Assembly: GCA_964481395.1 (NCBI GenBank)
Contig: CAYZYG010000009.1
Location: 959-64,958 of the forward strand
Length of the DNA: 64,000 bases
DNA from: an uncultured Vicinamibacterales bacterium
Lineage (GTDB): Bacteria; Acidobacteriota; Vicinamibacteria; Vicinamibacterales; JAKQTR01
Direction: 5' to 3'
Both the position numbers and the translations under genes were made by a program. Shown in pieces: positions 33,634 to 43,924 of the stretch. How positions within the stretch are numbered: position 1 is the stretch's first letter; each line of letters starts with the position of its first letter. Under the pieces are notes generated by a model. That model was not told the origin of the DNA. It did no database searches and saw nothing but the letters and a program-made list of their open reading frames with translations.

Positions 33634-36195
33634 TCAGGCCAAGCTTCCCAGGCGCGTCAGGGCGATCACGGGCTCGCCGGTACCGCGCGACGCCCCCAGA
33701 TCGACCTCGAACTCCGCGGCCCAGTCGTTGTGCATGTCGGGATCGACGAGCATCTGCTGGACCTTCCAGACCTCTCGGGAGTCGTCCGGCGTGACGTAGG
33801 TGTGCCGGAGGTTCCGCGCCTCCGGATCGAAACGCAGGTCCGCGTGTTCGACGCGGTACGCCTCCCACAGCGCTTTCAACCGATCCGGCGACCAGACCTG
33901 GTCGTCGCCATCGCGCGGGCTGTCGAGCACGTCAACCGCCGCGGAGTCGAGACGGGACCATCCCCGCAGGAAGGCGAAGATCCGCGCGCGGATGGCGGCG
34001 GTGAACCGCCTGGTGTCGCGCGTGACGTCGGCGGCGGCCTCCTCGGCTCCAGGCGGCCGGAGTTCCTTCACGGCCGTCGCCGCGGCGCCGGGCGGCCGGT
34101 ACGCGGGGTCGCGCATCCGCTCCCACTCGTCCGCCAGGCTCGAATCGACCATCGTCAGGAGCGTCCGCAGGTACTGCTCCATGTCGATGACCTCGTCCGA
34201 CTTCGCGTAGTCGGGAACGGTGTTCCGGAGGACTTTGTACACGCTGTTCAGATGGCGGAGCAGCAGGCCCTCGGACCGCTGCAGCTCGTAGTCGTAGATG
34301 TACTCGGCAAACGACCGGAACTGCTCGAACATCTCCCGCGCGATCGACTTCGGGCGGATGTTCTCCTCGCCGACCCACGGGTGTTTGTCGGCGAAGGCGT
34401 TGAACGTGTCGTATACGAAATCGCGCAGGGGCTTCGGATACTCGAGCTTCTCGAGCTCCTCCATGCGCTGCTCGTACTCGACGCCGTCGGCCTTCATCTG
34501 CGCGACGGCGCGGTCCTTGATCCGGTCGAGCTGGCGTCGGAGGATGATCTCGGGATTCTCGAGAATGGCCTCGACGAGCGTGAGCAGGTCGAGCGCGTAG
34601 TCCGGCGACGCGGGATCGAGCAGCGGAATCGTCTCGAGGAGGTACAGCGAGAGCGCCTGGTCCATCGAGAAGTCGTCCTGCAGCTCGACGTTGACCCGCA
34701 GCCGGGATCCCTCCTCGGTCTTCGGCACGAACTCGACGATGCGGCGATCGACCAGCGCCCTGAAGAGCTGCCAGGCGCGCCGCCGGTGCGCGTTCTTGGC
34801 CACGTCGGTGTCGTGGCAGTCCCTGATGATCCGCTGCATGGCCCGGCAGCCGTCGCCCTTCCGGCTGAGCACGTTCAACAGCATCCCGTGCGACACCTGG
34901 AACCGCGACACGAGCTGTTCGGGCTGGGCCGCGATGAGCCGCTTGAAGGTATTGAGATCCCAGTTCACGAAGTTGTGCTCGGGCGGCCTTCGCTTGACGA
35001 CTTTCTTCCCCTCCTTCGCGGCCTTCTCGCTCAGCTTGATGTTCTCGATGACGTGCTCCGGCGCCTGCACGACGACGTAGCCCTGGTCGTCGAAGCCCTT
35101 CCGCCCGGCGCGCCCGGCAATCTGATGGAAGTCGCGGGCGCTGAGGATGCTCGTCTTCCGCCCGTCGAACTTGCACAGCCTCGTGAACAGAACGGTCCGG
35201 ATCGGCACGTTGATGCCGACCCCCAGCGTGTCGGTCCCGCAGATCACCTTGAGCAGGCCGCGCTGCGCGAGCTGCTCGACGAGCACGCGGTACTTCGGCA
35301 GCAACCCCGCGTGGTGCAGGCCGATCCCGTGCTTCAGCCACTTGCGGACGTCCGATCCGTACGGGCTCGTGAAGTGGTAGTCGGCAATCGCCGACGCGAT
35401 CGCGGCCTTCTCGTCCCGCGTGCAGATCTTCAGGCTCGTGAAGTCCTGGGCGCTCGACGCGGCGTCGGCCTGGGTGAAGTGCACCACGTAGACGGGGACC
35501 CTCTCCTCGTCCACGAGTTTCTCGATCGTGTGGGCCAGGGGGATCTCGGCGTAGCTGAACTCCAGCGGCACGGGCCGCTCCCCGGACTTGATGCTCTCCG
35601 TCGGAAAGCTGTTGAGCCGGGTCAGCTCCTCCTCGAAGAAGCGTGTGTCGCCGAGCGTCGCGGACATGAGCAGGAAGCGCGAGTTCGGCAGCGTCAGGAG
35701 CGGCGTCTGCCACGCCACCCCCCGGTCCCGATCCGCGTACCAGTGGAATTCGTCCATCACGACGTCGTCGACCCACGCGTCGGCGCCCTCGCGCAAGGCG
35801 ACGTTGCCGAGAATCTCCGCGGTACAGCAGAGGATGGGCGCGTCGCGATTGACGCTGGCGTCACCAGTCGAGAGGCCCACGTATTCCGGTCCGAACTCCC
35901 GGCAGAGCGCCATCCACTTCTCGTTGACCAGGGCCTTGATGGGACAGGTATAGACGGCCCGACGGTCGTGCGCGAGCGACGCGAACAGCATGGCCGAGGC
36001 CACCAGCGACTTGCCCGAGCCCGTAGGCGTGTTGAGGATGACGTTCTTGTCCTCGAAGATTGCGAGGATGGCCTCTTCCTGCGCGGGATAGAGCGTCAGG
36101 CCGATGTTCGTCACGTAGTCGAGGAACCGCTCGAGCAGCTCGTCGGCGGACGGATCCGCGTGGCCGGGGAGGAACTCGTGAAGTGGCGCCGCCAT
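33634..36195 (-). CDS. DEAD/DEAH-box SF2 helicase with a DUF3516-like C-terminal region
   Basis: ATG at 36195. Motifs [21 protein letters not shown] and [10 protein letters not shown]. Confidence 0.9.
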   Translation of the reverse strand: MAAPLHEFLPGHADPSADELLERFLDYVTNIGLTLYPAQEEAILAIFEDKNVILNTPTGSGKSLVASAMLFASLAHDRRAVYTCPIKALVNEKWMALCREFGPEYVGLSTGDASVNRDAPILCCTAEILGNVALREGADAWVDDVVMDEFHWYADRDRGVAWQTPLLTLPNSRFLLMSATLGDTRFFEEELTRLNSFPTESIKSGERPVPLEFSYAEIPLAHTIEKLVDEERVPVYVVHFTQADAASSAQDFTSLKICTRDEKAAIASAIADYHFTSPYGSDVRKWLKHGIGLHHAGLLPKYRVLVEQLAQRGLLKVICGTDTLGVGINVPIRTVLFTRLCKFDGRKTSILSARDFHQIAGRAGRKGFDDQGYVVVQAPEHVIENIKLSEKAAKEGKKVVKRRPPEHNFVNWDLNTFKRLIAAQPEQLVSRFQVSHGMLLNVLSRKGDGCRAMQRIIRDCHDTDVAKNAHRRRAWQLFRALVDRRIVEFVPKTEEGSRLRVNVELQDDFSMDQALSLYLLETIPLLDPASPDYALDLLTLVEAILENPEIILRRQLDRIKDRAVAQMKADGVEYEQRMEELEKLEYPKPLRDFVYDTFNAFADKHPWVGEENIRPKSIAREMFEQFRSFAEYIYDYELQRSEGLLLRHLNSVYKVLRNTVPDYAKSDEVIDMEQYLRTLLTMVDSSLADEWERMRDPAYRPPGAAATAVKELRPPGAEEAAADVTRDTRRFTAAIRARIFAFLRGWSRLDSAAVDVLDSPRDGDDQVWSPDRLKALWEAYRVEHADLRFDPEARNLRHTYVTPDDSREVWKVQQMLVDPDMHNDWAAEFEVDLGASRGTGEPVIALTRLGSLA

Positions 36196-36364
36196 GTGTG
36201 GCTGTTGTACTCCGAAACGACAGCGGCGCGACAGTCGGGACCCGACTTCGCCGCGCACGCGGACGCGGCTTCGTCGAGGCAGGCCCGGGACCCGGATCCC
36301 GGGACCCGATCGCCGTCAGTTCCTTTGTGCCATACTCCGCGAGTCAATCGACGGAGACCGACAC

Positions 36365-39300
36365 ATGCGATTCCGATACGTCGTCCTGGCAGCGGTCCTG
36401 ATCACCAGTACGGGCCTCTTGGCTCACACGCAGGACGGTGGCTCCGCCGCCAATCCATCTCTCTACCAGGGCCTCCGGTATCGCCTGATCGGCCCCTTTC
36501 GCGCGAGCCGCACGGTAGGCGCGGCGGGCATCCCGACGCAGCCCAACGTCTTTTTCATGGGCGTCAACAACGGAGGCGTCTGGAAAACCGACGACTACGG
36601 CCGCACCTGGAACCCGATCTTCGACGACCAACCGACCGGGTCCATTGGCGATCTCGCCGTCTCGCCATCGAACCCTGACGTGATCTACGTCGGTACCGGC
36701 GAAGGGCTCCACCGTCCGGATCTGGGCGTGGGCGATGGCATCTTCAAGTCGGCCGACGGGGGACGGACATGGGCGCACGTCGGCCTGCCGGACGTCCAGC
36801 AGGTCGCCCGCCTGGTGATCCACCCGACCGACCCTGCCGTCGTGTTCGTCGCGGGGATGGGCCATCCGTACGGCCCCAACGAGGAGCGCGGCATCTTCCG
36901 CACGACCGACGGCGGTCGCACCTGGGGCAAGGTCCTCTACATCGACCGCAACACCGGGGGCCTGCAGGTCGAGTTCGATCCGGTCGATCCGCGAACGGTC
37001 TACGCCTCGATGTGGGCACATCGCGAGGGCCCGTGGGAGAACGCCAGCTTCTCTGGACCGAACAGCGGCCTGTTCAAGTCGACCGATGGCGGCTCCACTT
37101 GGGCGCGCCTCTCCGGCGGCCTGCCCGCAGCCGGCCCGGGCGGATGGAAAGCGTTCTTCGATGTGTCCCGTTCGAATCCGAACCGCCTGTACGCCCTGGT
37201 CAGCGCCGGCGCGGGCAGCGGCGTCTACCGGACCGACGACGGCGGCGGGACCTGGACCCGGGTCAGCACAGACCGGCGCCTCGGTGTGGAGATCCGGGTG
37301 CATCCGGCGAACCCCGACGTGGTCTTCGCCGCGGGCACGGCGGCCTACCGGTCCGACGACGGGGGCCGCACGTGGACGAGCTTCAAAGGCGCGCCTGGCG
37401 GCGACGACCCGCAGCGGCTGTGGATCAACCCGCTGCAGCCGGACATCATGCTGCTCACGACCGACCAGGGCGCGACCGTGTCCGTCAACGGCGGCCGGAC
37501 GTGGAGTTCCTGGTACAACCAGCCCACGTCCCAGCTCTATCACGTGACGACCGACAACCAGTTTCCCTACTGGGTCTACGGCGGGCAGCAGGAGAGCGGC
37601 GCGATCGGCATCGCCAGCCGCGGCAACGGCGGCCAGATCTCCTTCAGGGACTGGATCGGCGTCGGCGCTGACGAGTACGCGTACGTCGCTCCCGACCCCC
37701 TGGATCCTGACATCGTGTACGGCGGCCGCGTGCAACGGTTCAACAAGAAGACGGGGCAGTCCCAGAACGTGGCGCCCGAGGCGCTCCGATCGGGGCAGTA
37801 CCGCATCCTGCGGACAATGCCGCTGCTGTTCCATTCGTCCGATCCGACGATGCTGCTGTTTGCGACGAACGTTCTGTGGATGACCACGAACGGCGGGCAG
37901 GACTGGGAGATCATCAGCCCCGACCTCTCGCGCGAGAAGCCCGATTTGCCCGACAGCGTCGGCGACTACCGCACGCCCGATCTCCCGGCCATGCCCAGGC
38001 GAGGGGTCATCTACGCAGTCGGCCCGTCGCCGCTCGACGTCAACGTCATCTGGGCCGGGACGGACGACGGCCTGGTGCACGTGACCATCGACGGCGGGAA
38101 GACATGGAGGAACGTGACGCCGCCCGCGCTTCGCGCCTGGGACAAGGTGTCGCAGATCGTGGCAGGGCACTTCAGCGTGAGGACGGCGTACATGGCGGTC
38201 AATGCCATACGCCGGGACGACATGCGCCCGCACGTCTACCGCACGCACGATGGCGGCGCGACCTGGACCCGCATCGTCACGGGCCTCCACGAGATGGGGC
38301 CGGTCAACGTGGTCCGCGAGGACGCGAAGCAGCCCGGGCTGCTGTTTGCCGGGAGCGAGCGCGAGGTGTACTTCTCGACTGACGACGGGGCGCGGTGGCA
38401 GGCGCTGCGCCAGAACATGCCGGCGTCGTCCATCCGCGACCTCATGATCCACGAGGACGACCTGGTGGTGGGGACGCACGGGCGATCGATCTGGATCATG
38501 GACAACATCCAGCCGCTGCGGGAGCTGGCGAGGGTCGCCGGAGCCGGGCGGGCCCATCTCTTCGGCCTGCCGCCGGCGACGCGCGTCCGCTGGAACATGT
38601 TTTCGGACACGCCGCTGCCCCCGGAGGAGCCGACGGGCGAGAACCCGCCGGACGGCGCGACGCTGGACTACTATCTCGACCGGCCCGCCGCCGACGTGGC
38701 CCTCGAGATCGTCGACGCCGGCGGCGCCATCGTCCGCCGGTTTTCGAGCCGCGATGATCCAGAACGGATCGACGTATCCGTGCTGCCGTACCCGACCTAC
38801 TGGTTCAGGCCCGAGCAGCGGGTCGCGACATCGCCGGGTCATCACAGGTTCGTGTGGGACCTGCGATACCCGCCACCGCGCGGGGCGACCCGGCAGTACT
38901 CCATCGCCGCCGTGTTCCGGAACACGCCGAGCGGGCCGCACGGGCCGTTCGTGGCGCCTGGGCGGTACACCGTCAGGCTGACGGTTGACGGAGAGAGCTA
39001 CGAGCGTCCGCTCGACGTGCGACTGGACCCTCGCGTCACGCTCGGTGAGGCGGATCTCCGCCTGCAAACCGACCTGTCGCTGCGATGCTACCGCGGCTAC
39101 CTGCGTGCGCAGGAGATGCGCGAGGCCATCGATGCGGCGCTCGCGGTTGGCTCGGGGGATGCCGCGCGTCAGGAGGGGCGGCGCGCTCTGCGTGGCGCCG
39201 GATCACCCTCCGAGCCTGACCTGCTCTACGGAAGTATCACGGCGGTACCCGACGACCTCGAAACCGTCGTCGGCCTGCAGCAGAAGTTCCTGTTCATGCT

Positions 39301-39412
39301 GTCGCTGCTGCAGGCGGCCGACGCGAGGCCGACGACGCAGGCCCGCGAAGCGGTGCCGGCGCTGGAGCGGACTCTCGCGGCGCTCGAAGCCCGCTGGGCA
39401 CGGCTGCGGTGA
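36365..39412 (+). CDS. Exported BNR/sortilin (VPS10)-like beta-propeller repeat protein
   Basis: ATG at 36365 and a signal peptide. Repeated S-x-D-x-G-x-T-W (BNR/Asp-box) motifs throughout. Confidence 0.85.
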   Translation: MRFRYVVLAAVLITSTGLLAHTQDGGSAANPSLYQGLRYRLIGPFRASRTVGAAGIPTQPNVFFMGVNNGGVWKTDDYGRTWNPIFDDQPTGSIGDLAVSPSNPDVIYVGTGEGLHRPDLGVGDGIFKSADGGRTWAHVGLPDVQQVARLVIHPTDPAVVFVAGMGHPYGPNEERGIFRTTDGGRTWGKVLYIDRNTGGLQVEFDPVDPRTVYASMWAHREGPWENASFSGPNSGLFKSTDGGSTWARLSGGLPAAGPGGWKAFFDVSRSNPNRLYALVSAGAGSGVYRTDDGGGTWTRVSTDRRLGVEIRVHPANPDVVFAAGTAAYRSDDGGRTWTSFKGAPGGDDPQRLWINPLQPDIMLLTTDQGATVSVNGGRTWSSWYNQPTSQLYHVTTDNQFPYWVYGGQQESGAIGIASRGNGGQISFRDWIGVGADEYAYVAPDPLDPDIVYGGRVQRFNKKTGQSQNVAPEALRSGQYRILRTMPLLFHSSDPTMLLFATNVLWMTTNGGQDWEIISPDLSREKPDLPDSVGDYRTPDLPAMPRRGVIYAVGPSPLDVNVIWAGTDDGLVHVTIDGGKTWRNVTPPALRAWDKVSQIVAGHFSVRTAYMAVNAIRRDDMRPHVYRTHDGGATWTRIVTGLHEMGPVNVVREDAKQPGLLFAGSEREVYFSTDDGARWQALRQNMPASSIRDLMIHEDDLVVGTHGRSIWIMDNIQPLRELARVAGAGRAHLFGLPPATRVRWNMFSDTPLPPEEPTGENPPDGATLDYYLDRPAADVALEIVDAGGAIVRRFSSRDDPERIDVSVLPYPTYWFRPEQRVATSPGHHRFVWDLRYPPPRGATRQYSIAAVFRNTPSGPHGPFVAPGRYTVRLTVDGESYERPLDVRLDPRVTLGEADLRLQTDLSLRCYRGYLRAQEMREAIDAALAVGSGDAARQEGRRALRGAGSPSEPDLLYGSITAVPDDLETVVGLQQKFLFMLSLLQAADARPTTQAREAVPALERTLAALEARWARLR

Positions 39413-39672
39413 TGTAAGATGCGCCGGTCCGATCGGGCGCGACAGCCCCAGGATGACATGTCACGGAGCAGTCCCTTGAGCCAGGCCGACGGCGGCCGTC
39501 TGCAAAACGCGCCGTGAGGGGGTGACTTGCGTGGGGATAGGGGCCCCCGCGCCATGCACGAGTCGAACTCCCGGCAAGGTGCGTTTTGCCGGCTTGCGCG
39601 AGCGGGACTGCGGAGGGAGATGCCGTCCTGGGGTGTACAGGGTCCACATCGGGTTGACCGTGGGGGAAGTCC

Positions 39673-41436
39673 ATGACGACGATCGACTGGGTAGTCATCT
39701 TCGCGTACTTCGCCGGGCTGGCCGCTCTGACGTGGTGGGCCATCCGCAAGAACCGCGACACCGCCGACGACTACTTCCTGGCCGGCCGGAACCTCGGCTG
39801 GTGGGTGGTCGGGGCGTCGATTTTCGCGTCGAACATCGGCTCCGAGCACCTCGTCGGTCTGGCCGGTTCAGGGGCCACCAGCGGTGTGGCGCTGGCGCAC
39901 TACGAATTGCACGCTTGGTGCCTGCTCGTGCTCGGCTGGGTGCTCGTGCCTTTCTACATCCGCTCGCGCGTCTACACGATGCCCGAGTTCCTGGAGCGGC
40001 GGTTTTCGCCGACCGCGCGCTGGGTCCTCTCGCTCATCTCGCTCGTCGCCTACGTCCTGACCAAGCTGGCCGTCGGGATCTTCGCGGGCGGCATCGTGTT
40101 CGGGACGCTGCTCCCGGAGTTGACCGTCCACATCGGCAGCTTCACGCTCAACAGCTTCTGGGTCGGTTCTGTGCTCGTCGTCCTGCTGACGGGGCTTTAC
40201 ACCGTTCTCGGCGGCATGCGCGCCGTCGCCTACACGGAGGCCGTACAGACGGCGGTCCTCGTCGTCGGGTCGCTGATGCTCACGGTCTTCGGGCTGTCGA
40301 AGCTCGGCGGGTGGGGTGAGCTGCGTGCGGCGCTCGACCCGGACATGTTCAACCTGTGGAAGCCGCTCATTCCCGCCGGCGTCGAGGGCACGTGGGCGCC
40401 CGTCAAGGAAGCGGGCCGCATGGCGTGGTACTTCAACACGAACTACCCGTGGCTGGGCATGCTGTTCTGCGCGCCGATCATCGGCCTCTGGTACTGGTGC
40501 ACGGACCAGTACATCGTTCAGCGCGCGCTCGGAGCGCCGAGCGAGCAGGAGGCGCGGCGCGGCAGCATCTTCGCGTCGTTCCTGAAGCTGCTTCCGGTTT
40601 TCATCTTCATCATCCCCGGCATGATCGCCCTGGCGCTCGCGAAGACCGGTCGAGCCACGGGCCTCGAAACCATCATCGACGCCGGCGGCAACGTCGTGAC
40701 GTCATCGGCGCAGGCTGCTTTTCCGCTGATGGTGCAGGCGGTGATGCCCGCCGGACTGCGCGGCATCGTCGTGGCGGGCCTTCTTGCCGCGCTCATGAGT
40801 TCGCTGGCGGGGACGTTCAACGCCTGCTCGACGCTCTTCACGATGGACTTCTACCAGCAGCACCGGCCCAAAGCCACCCAGCACCAGCTCGTGTGGGTCG
40901 GACGCCTCGCGACGACGGTCATGGTGCTGATCGGGCTCGCGTGGATTCCCGTCATCCAGGGGGCGAAGGGGCTCTACGAGTACCTGCAGGGCGTTCAGGG
41001 ATACCTCGCCCCGCCGATTTTCGCCGTCTTCTTCTTCGGCGTGTTCTTCAAGCGGCTCAACGCGAAGGGATGTCTGACCGCGCTCATCGTCGGCTTCGTC
41101 CTGGGGATCTTCCGACTGGCCGTGGACACCCCGATCAGCCTGGCCCTCAGCGGCTACGAGCATGGCTATGCCGTCGGCTCGTTCCTCTGGGTCGTCAACA
41201 ACATCTACTTTCAGTACTACAGTCTGTTCATTTTTGTCGTGTCGACGCTGGCGATGTTCGCGGTGAGCTACGCGACCGAGGTGCCGGACGAATCGAAACT
41301 GACGGGCCTGACCTACGCGACGGTGACCGCCGAGCACCGCGCGGAGTCGCGGCGAAGCTGGGGCCGGGGGGACGTCATCAGTTCGGGGGTCGTGCTGCTG
41401 CTGATTCTCGCGGCGTATCTGTATTTCAACGGGTAG
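39673..41436 (+). CDS. Sodium:solute symporter (SSS/SGLT family)
   Basis: DYFLAGRNLGWWVVGASIFASNIGSEHLVGLAG and about 14 TM segments. Confidence 0.9.
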   Translation: MTTIDWVVIFAYFAGLAALTWWAIRKNRDTADDYFLAGRNLGWWVVGASIFASNIGSEHLVGLAGSGATSGVALAHYELHAWCLLVLGWVLVPFYIRSRVYTMPEFLERRFSPTARWVLSLISLVAYVLTKLAVGIFAGGIVFGTLLPELTVHIGSFTLNSFWVGSVLVVLLTGLYTVLGGMRAVAYTEAVQTAVLVVGSLMLTVFGLSKLGGWGELRAALDPDMFNLWKPLIPAGVEGTWAPVKEAGRMAWYFNTNYPWLGMLFCAPIIGLWYWCTDQYIVQRALGAPSEQEARRGSIFASFLKLLPVFIFIIPGMIALALAKTGRATGLETIIDAGGNVVTSSAQAAFPLMVQAVMPAGLRGIVVAGLLAALMSSLAGTFNACSTLFTMDFYQQHRPKATQHQLVWVGRLATTVMVLIGLAWIPVIQGAKGLYEYLQGVQGYLAPPIFAVFFFGVFFKRLNAKGCLTALIVGFVLGIFRLAVDTPISLALSGYEHGYAVGSFLWVVNNIYFQYYSLFIFVVSTLAMFAVSYATEVPDESKLTGLTYATVTAEHRAESRRSWGRGDVISSGVVLLLILAAYLYFNG

Positions 41437-41443
41437 GACAACA

Positions 41444-41510
41444 GGGACCGGGGAGCTGGGACCGGGGACCAGTTGTGGAGGTCCCCAGTCCCCATTCGTG
41501 GTCCTCGGGG
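41444..41510. repeat. About 65-bp element: G-rich heptamers, spacer, C-rich heptamers, then CCATTCGTGGTCCTCGG (copy A)
   Basis: GGGACCGGGGAGCTGGGACCGGGGACCAGTTGTGGAGGTCCCCAGTCCCCATTCGTGGTCCTCGGGG. A close relative is at 52411-52476. Confidence 0.85.
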
Positions 41511-41529
41511 TGTCCGGCGGGCTCGGCGA

Positions 41530-41601
41530 GCCCGCCCTACCGTGCCCGATAAGGCCCGCCCTACCGTGCCCGATGCGGCCCGTCCTACCGCCCCCGAGGT
41601 G
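41530..41601. repeat. 24-bp tandem repeat x3 (GCCCGCCCTACCGTGCCCGATNNN)
   Basis: Units 41530-41553, 41554-41577 and 41578-41601 (the third is degenerate). Confidence 0.85.
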
Positions 41602-41695
41602 GTGGGGCGCGGTCGCCGACCGCGCCGGGACGCGTGGGCCGAACCAACCCCCAATCCCCGCCCCGAGGATCGCAGACGAGCGGCCGACGCGGCGG

Positions 41696-43918
41696 TCAGT
41701 ATCTGAATAGATAGCTCAGCTTCACGAAGACCTGACGGCCTACGTTCGTGCTCGCCGCGTCCGACCGGCGGACCGGTCGGGACATGGCATCCAGCATCCA
41801 GTTCTCGTACCTGTCCGTGTACCCCACGTACACAGCCGTCCAGGGATTCACGAGGTAGGTGACCAGCAGGTCGTATCCGAGCCGGCGCTCGTCTTCGAGA
41901 TCCACGAGGGCCGCGTTCGGGAGCACCGATTCGTAGTCGACGATCAGGCGGGCCGAGAGCTCACGGGTGAACTGGTAGCTCGCGCGGGTCCGCAGGATGT
42001 GATTCGAGAAGATCCGGCTGCCCGCGCAGCGGGGGCAGGCGCCCTCCTGGTGCCTGAGATCGAGCTTCGTATACAGATAGGACTGATCGACCCGCACGGG
42101 CGGAATCGGCTTGAACGAGAATCCGACCTCGGCCTCGATCGAATCGGCCAGAAAGGGATCGAGACCCTCCGCCGGGTAGTAGTTGATGGCCGTGCCCCAC
42201 TCCGCGGACCCGTTCAGGCCGAGCCAGGAGAGCCGCTCCGTCGACGCATAGACCACGGTGGACTGACGGCGGAAGTCGGTGTCCTCGAAGCGCTCGAAGA
42301 TGTTCCAGTGACGGACGCCGATCTCGGTCGGGCCGTCGAGCTGGATCTCGCCGCCGGGCTCGACGGTCCACTCCTCCAGTTCGCCGGCGAAGTTCCAGAT
42401 GGCGCTGCCTTCGAGGCCGACGCCGACGTTCTGGACGTTGCCCTTCGTGAAATGCCAAGTGTAGTCGGCTTCGGACTCGACCTCCCGGATGTCCCGCCTG
42501 CGGACGAATCCGAGGTCGGTCTGGAAATCGGGGCTGGCCTGGAAGTACCCCGTCGAGAAGTCGAAGCCGCGCCCCTCGCGGCTCAGTCTGGCCGCGATCA
42601 CGTTACCGGAGCGATCGGAGCCCTCGACCGGGACGGTCTGGCTGCCCACGGCCTGCCCCTCAACGGCCCAGTTGTCGTCGATCCGCCACCGCCCGTCGGC
42701 GGCGAAGACCCGATTGGCGGTCGGACCCCACTCGCGGTCGGTGACTATCGCGCCCAGGTGGGACTGGTTCGAGAACTCGCGCTGGACGCGCAGCACCGCC
42801 ACGGCAGCGGTCTTCTCGTGGCGGGAGTCGCTTTCCGGCACGAGGCTTCCAGGCGCATCGTCGTTCATCACGAGGCCGCCGAACGCCCATCCGCCGGCTT
42901 TACCGGTCACACGGCCACCGATCAGTGGGTCGGCCACACGGCGGGAGAAGAAGAGGTTGACGGGCGTCTCGAAGTAACTGGCGTTCTCGATGAAGAACGG
43001 ACGCTTCTCCGGGAAGAACACCTCGAACCGCTGATTGATCGTGACCTGGGGCTCGTCCGACTCGACCTGGCTGTAGTCCGGATTGACGGTCACATCCAGC
43101 GTCACCGTGTCCTTGATGACGGCCTTCGTGTCGATGCCGACCCGGGCCGACCGCTCGGTGACGTAGCCGTCCGGTTCCAGGATGCGATCGGCGGCGAAGT
43201 TGCCGTACGGGATGACCAGCAGGTTGCGGCCCGGGGAGATGCCCTCCAGGCCCGTGAGGCGGGCCATCTGCGGCCCGAAGCTCGCCAACCGCCGGGTAAT
43301 GTACGGCCAGAACGAGAATTCGTTGAGACGAGGCACGATACGGCCGAACGCGACACCCCAGGTCTGCCGGCTGTCCGTGCTGAAGCGCAGGCTCTTGAAC
43401 GGCACGGCAATCAGCACCGCGTACCCGAACGACGTGCGCCGGCCCTCCGATGACCACAGCGTGTCGAAGCTGTAGTCGTCGTCCTGGCCTTCGGCCGTAA
43501 TGCCGTCCATCTGAATGCCCAGAGGATTCACCAGGAACATGTACGAACGGCGGCCGTCGCCGTACGTGTCGAGCACCAGGCCCACGATGTCGTCGCCCAT
43601 GATCGATTCGCGCTTCGTCAGGTTGGCGCGAATCCTGGCCGGATCGTCGCGGCAGAGGTAGACCGCGTAGAAATGCCGATCGTCGTACGACACGTAGACG
43701 TCGGTCTCGACCTGGGAATCCACCCCGTCCCCCGGCTCGCGCTGCTTGAAGCCGGTCACCTTGAGGCCCGGGGGCACGGCCTGGCCGTCCAGGTACCGCT
43801 CCAGCACGGGAGGACTGTCCACCCGAGGAATCGTGACCTCGGGCGGCGGAGCCTGAGCTGCCGCAGCGGCGGCCCCCAGGGTCAGCATGGCAGTCAACGT
43901 CAGGAGTCGAGTAGTCAT
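41696..43918 (-). CDS. DUF5916 / carbohydrate-binding-family-9-like outer-membrane protein
   Basis: Signal peptide. The N-terminal pattern YVSYDDRHFYAVYLCRD resembles CBM9-like/DUF5916 proteins. The C-terminal ...KLSYLFRY is a typical beta-barrel terminus. Confidence 0.75.
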   Translation of the reverse strand: MTTRLLTLTAMLTLGAAAAAAQAPPPEVTIPRVDSPPVLERYLDGQAVPPGLKVTGFKQREPGDGVDSQVETDVYVSYDDRHFYAVYLCRDDPARIRANLTKRESIMGDDIVGLVLDTYGDGRRSYMFLVNPLGIQMDGITAEGQDDDYSFDTLWSSEGRRTSFGYAVLIAVPFKSLRFSTDSRQTWGVAFGRIVPRLNEFSFWPYITRRLASFGPQMARLTGLEGISPGRNLLVIPYGNFAADRILEPDGYVTERSARVGIDTKAVIKDTVTLDVTVNPDYSQVESDEPQVTINQRFEVFFPEKRPFFIENASYFETPVNLFFSRRVADPLIGGRVTGKAGGWAFGGLVMNDDAPGSLVPESDSRHEKTAAVAVLRVQREFSNQSHLGAIVTDREWGPTANRVFAADGRWRIDDNWAVEGQAVGSQTVPVEGSDRSGNVIAARLSREGRGFDFSTGYFQASPDFQTDLGFVRRRDIREVESEADYTWHFTKGNVQNVGVGLEGSAIWNFAGELEEWTVEPGGEIQLDGPTEIGVRHWNIFERFEDTDFRRQSTVVYASTERLSWLGLNGSAEWGTAINYYPAEGLDPFLADSIEAEVGFSFKPIPPVRVDQSYLYTKLDLRHQEGACPRCAGSRIFSNHILRTRASYQFTRELSARLIVDYESVLPNAALVDLEDERRLGYDLLVTYLVNPWTAVYVGYTDRYENWMLDAMSRPVRRSDAASTNVGRQVFVKLSYLFRY

Positions 43919-43924
43919 GAGTTC

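Noticed and set aside
39413-39672. Possible riboswitch or leader RNA in the 260-bp region upstream of the sodium:solute symporter gene.
   Set aside because: Only generic GC hairpins are visible (for example CCGGCAA-N8-TTGCCGG). I see no conserved riboswitch core motif by eye. An Infernal scan would be needed before any claim.
41530-41601. Possible CRISPR array, considered for this locus and for 60631-60690 and the heptamer arrays.
   Set aside because: The repeats are directly tandem with no unique spacers. The units are too short (7, 9 or 24 bp), and no cas genes are in the window.
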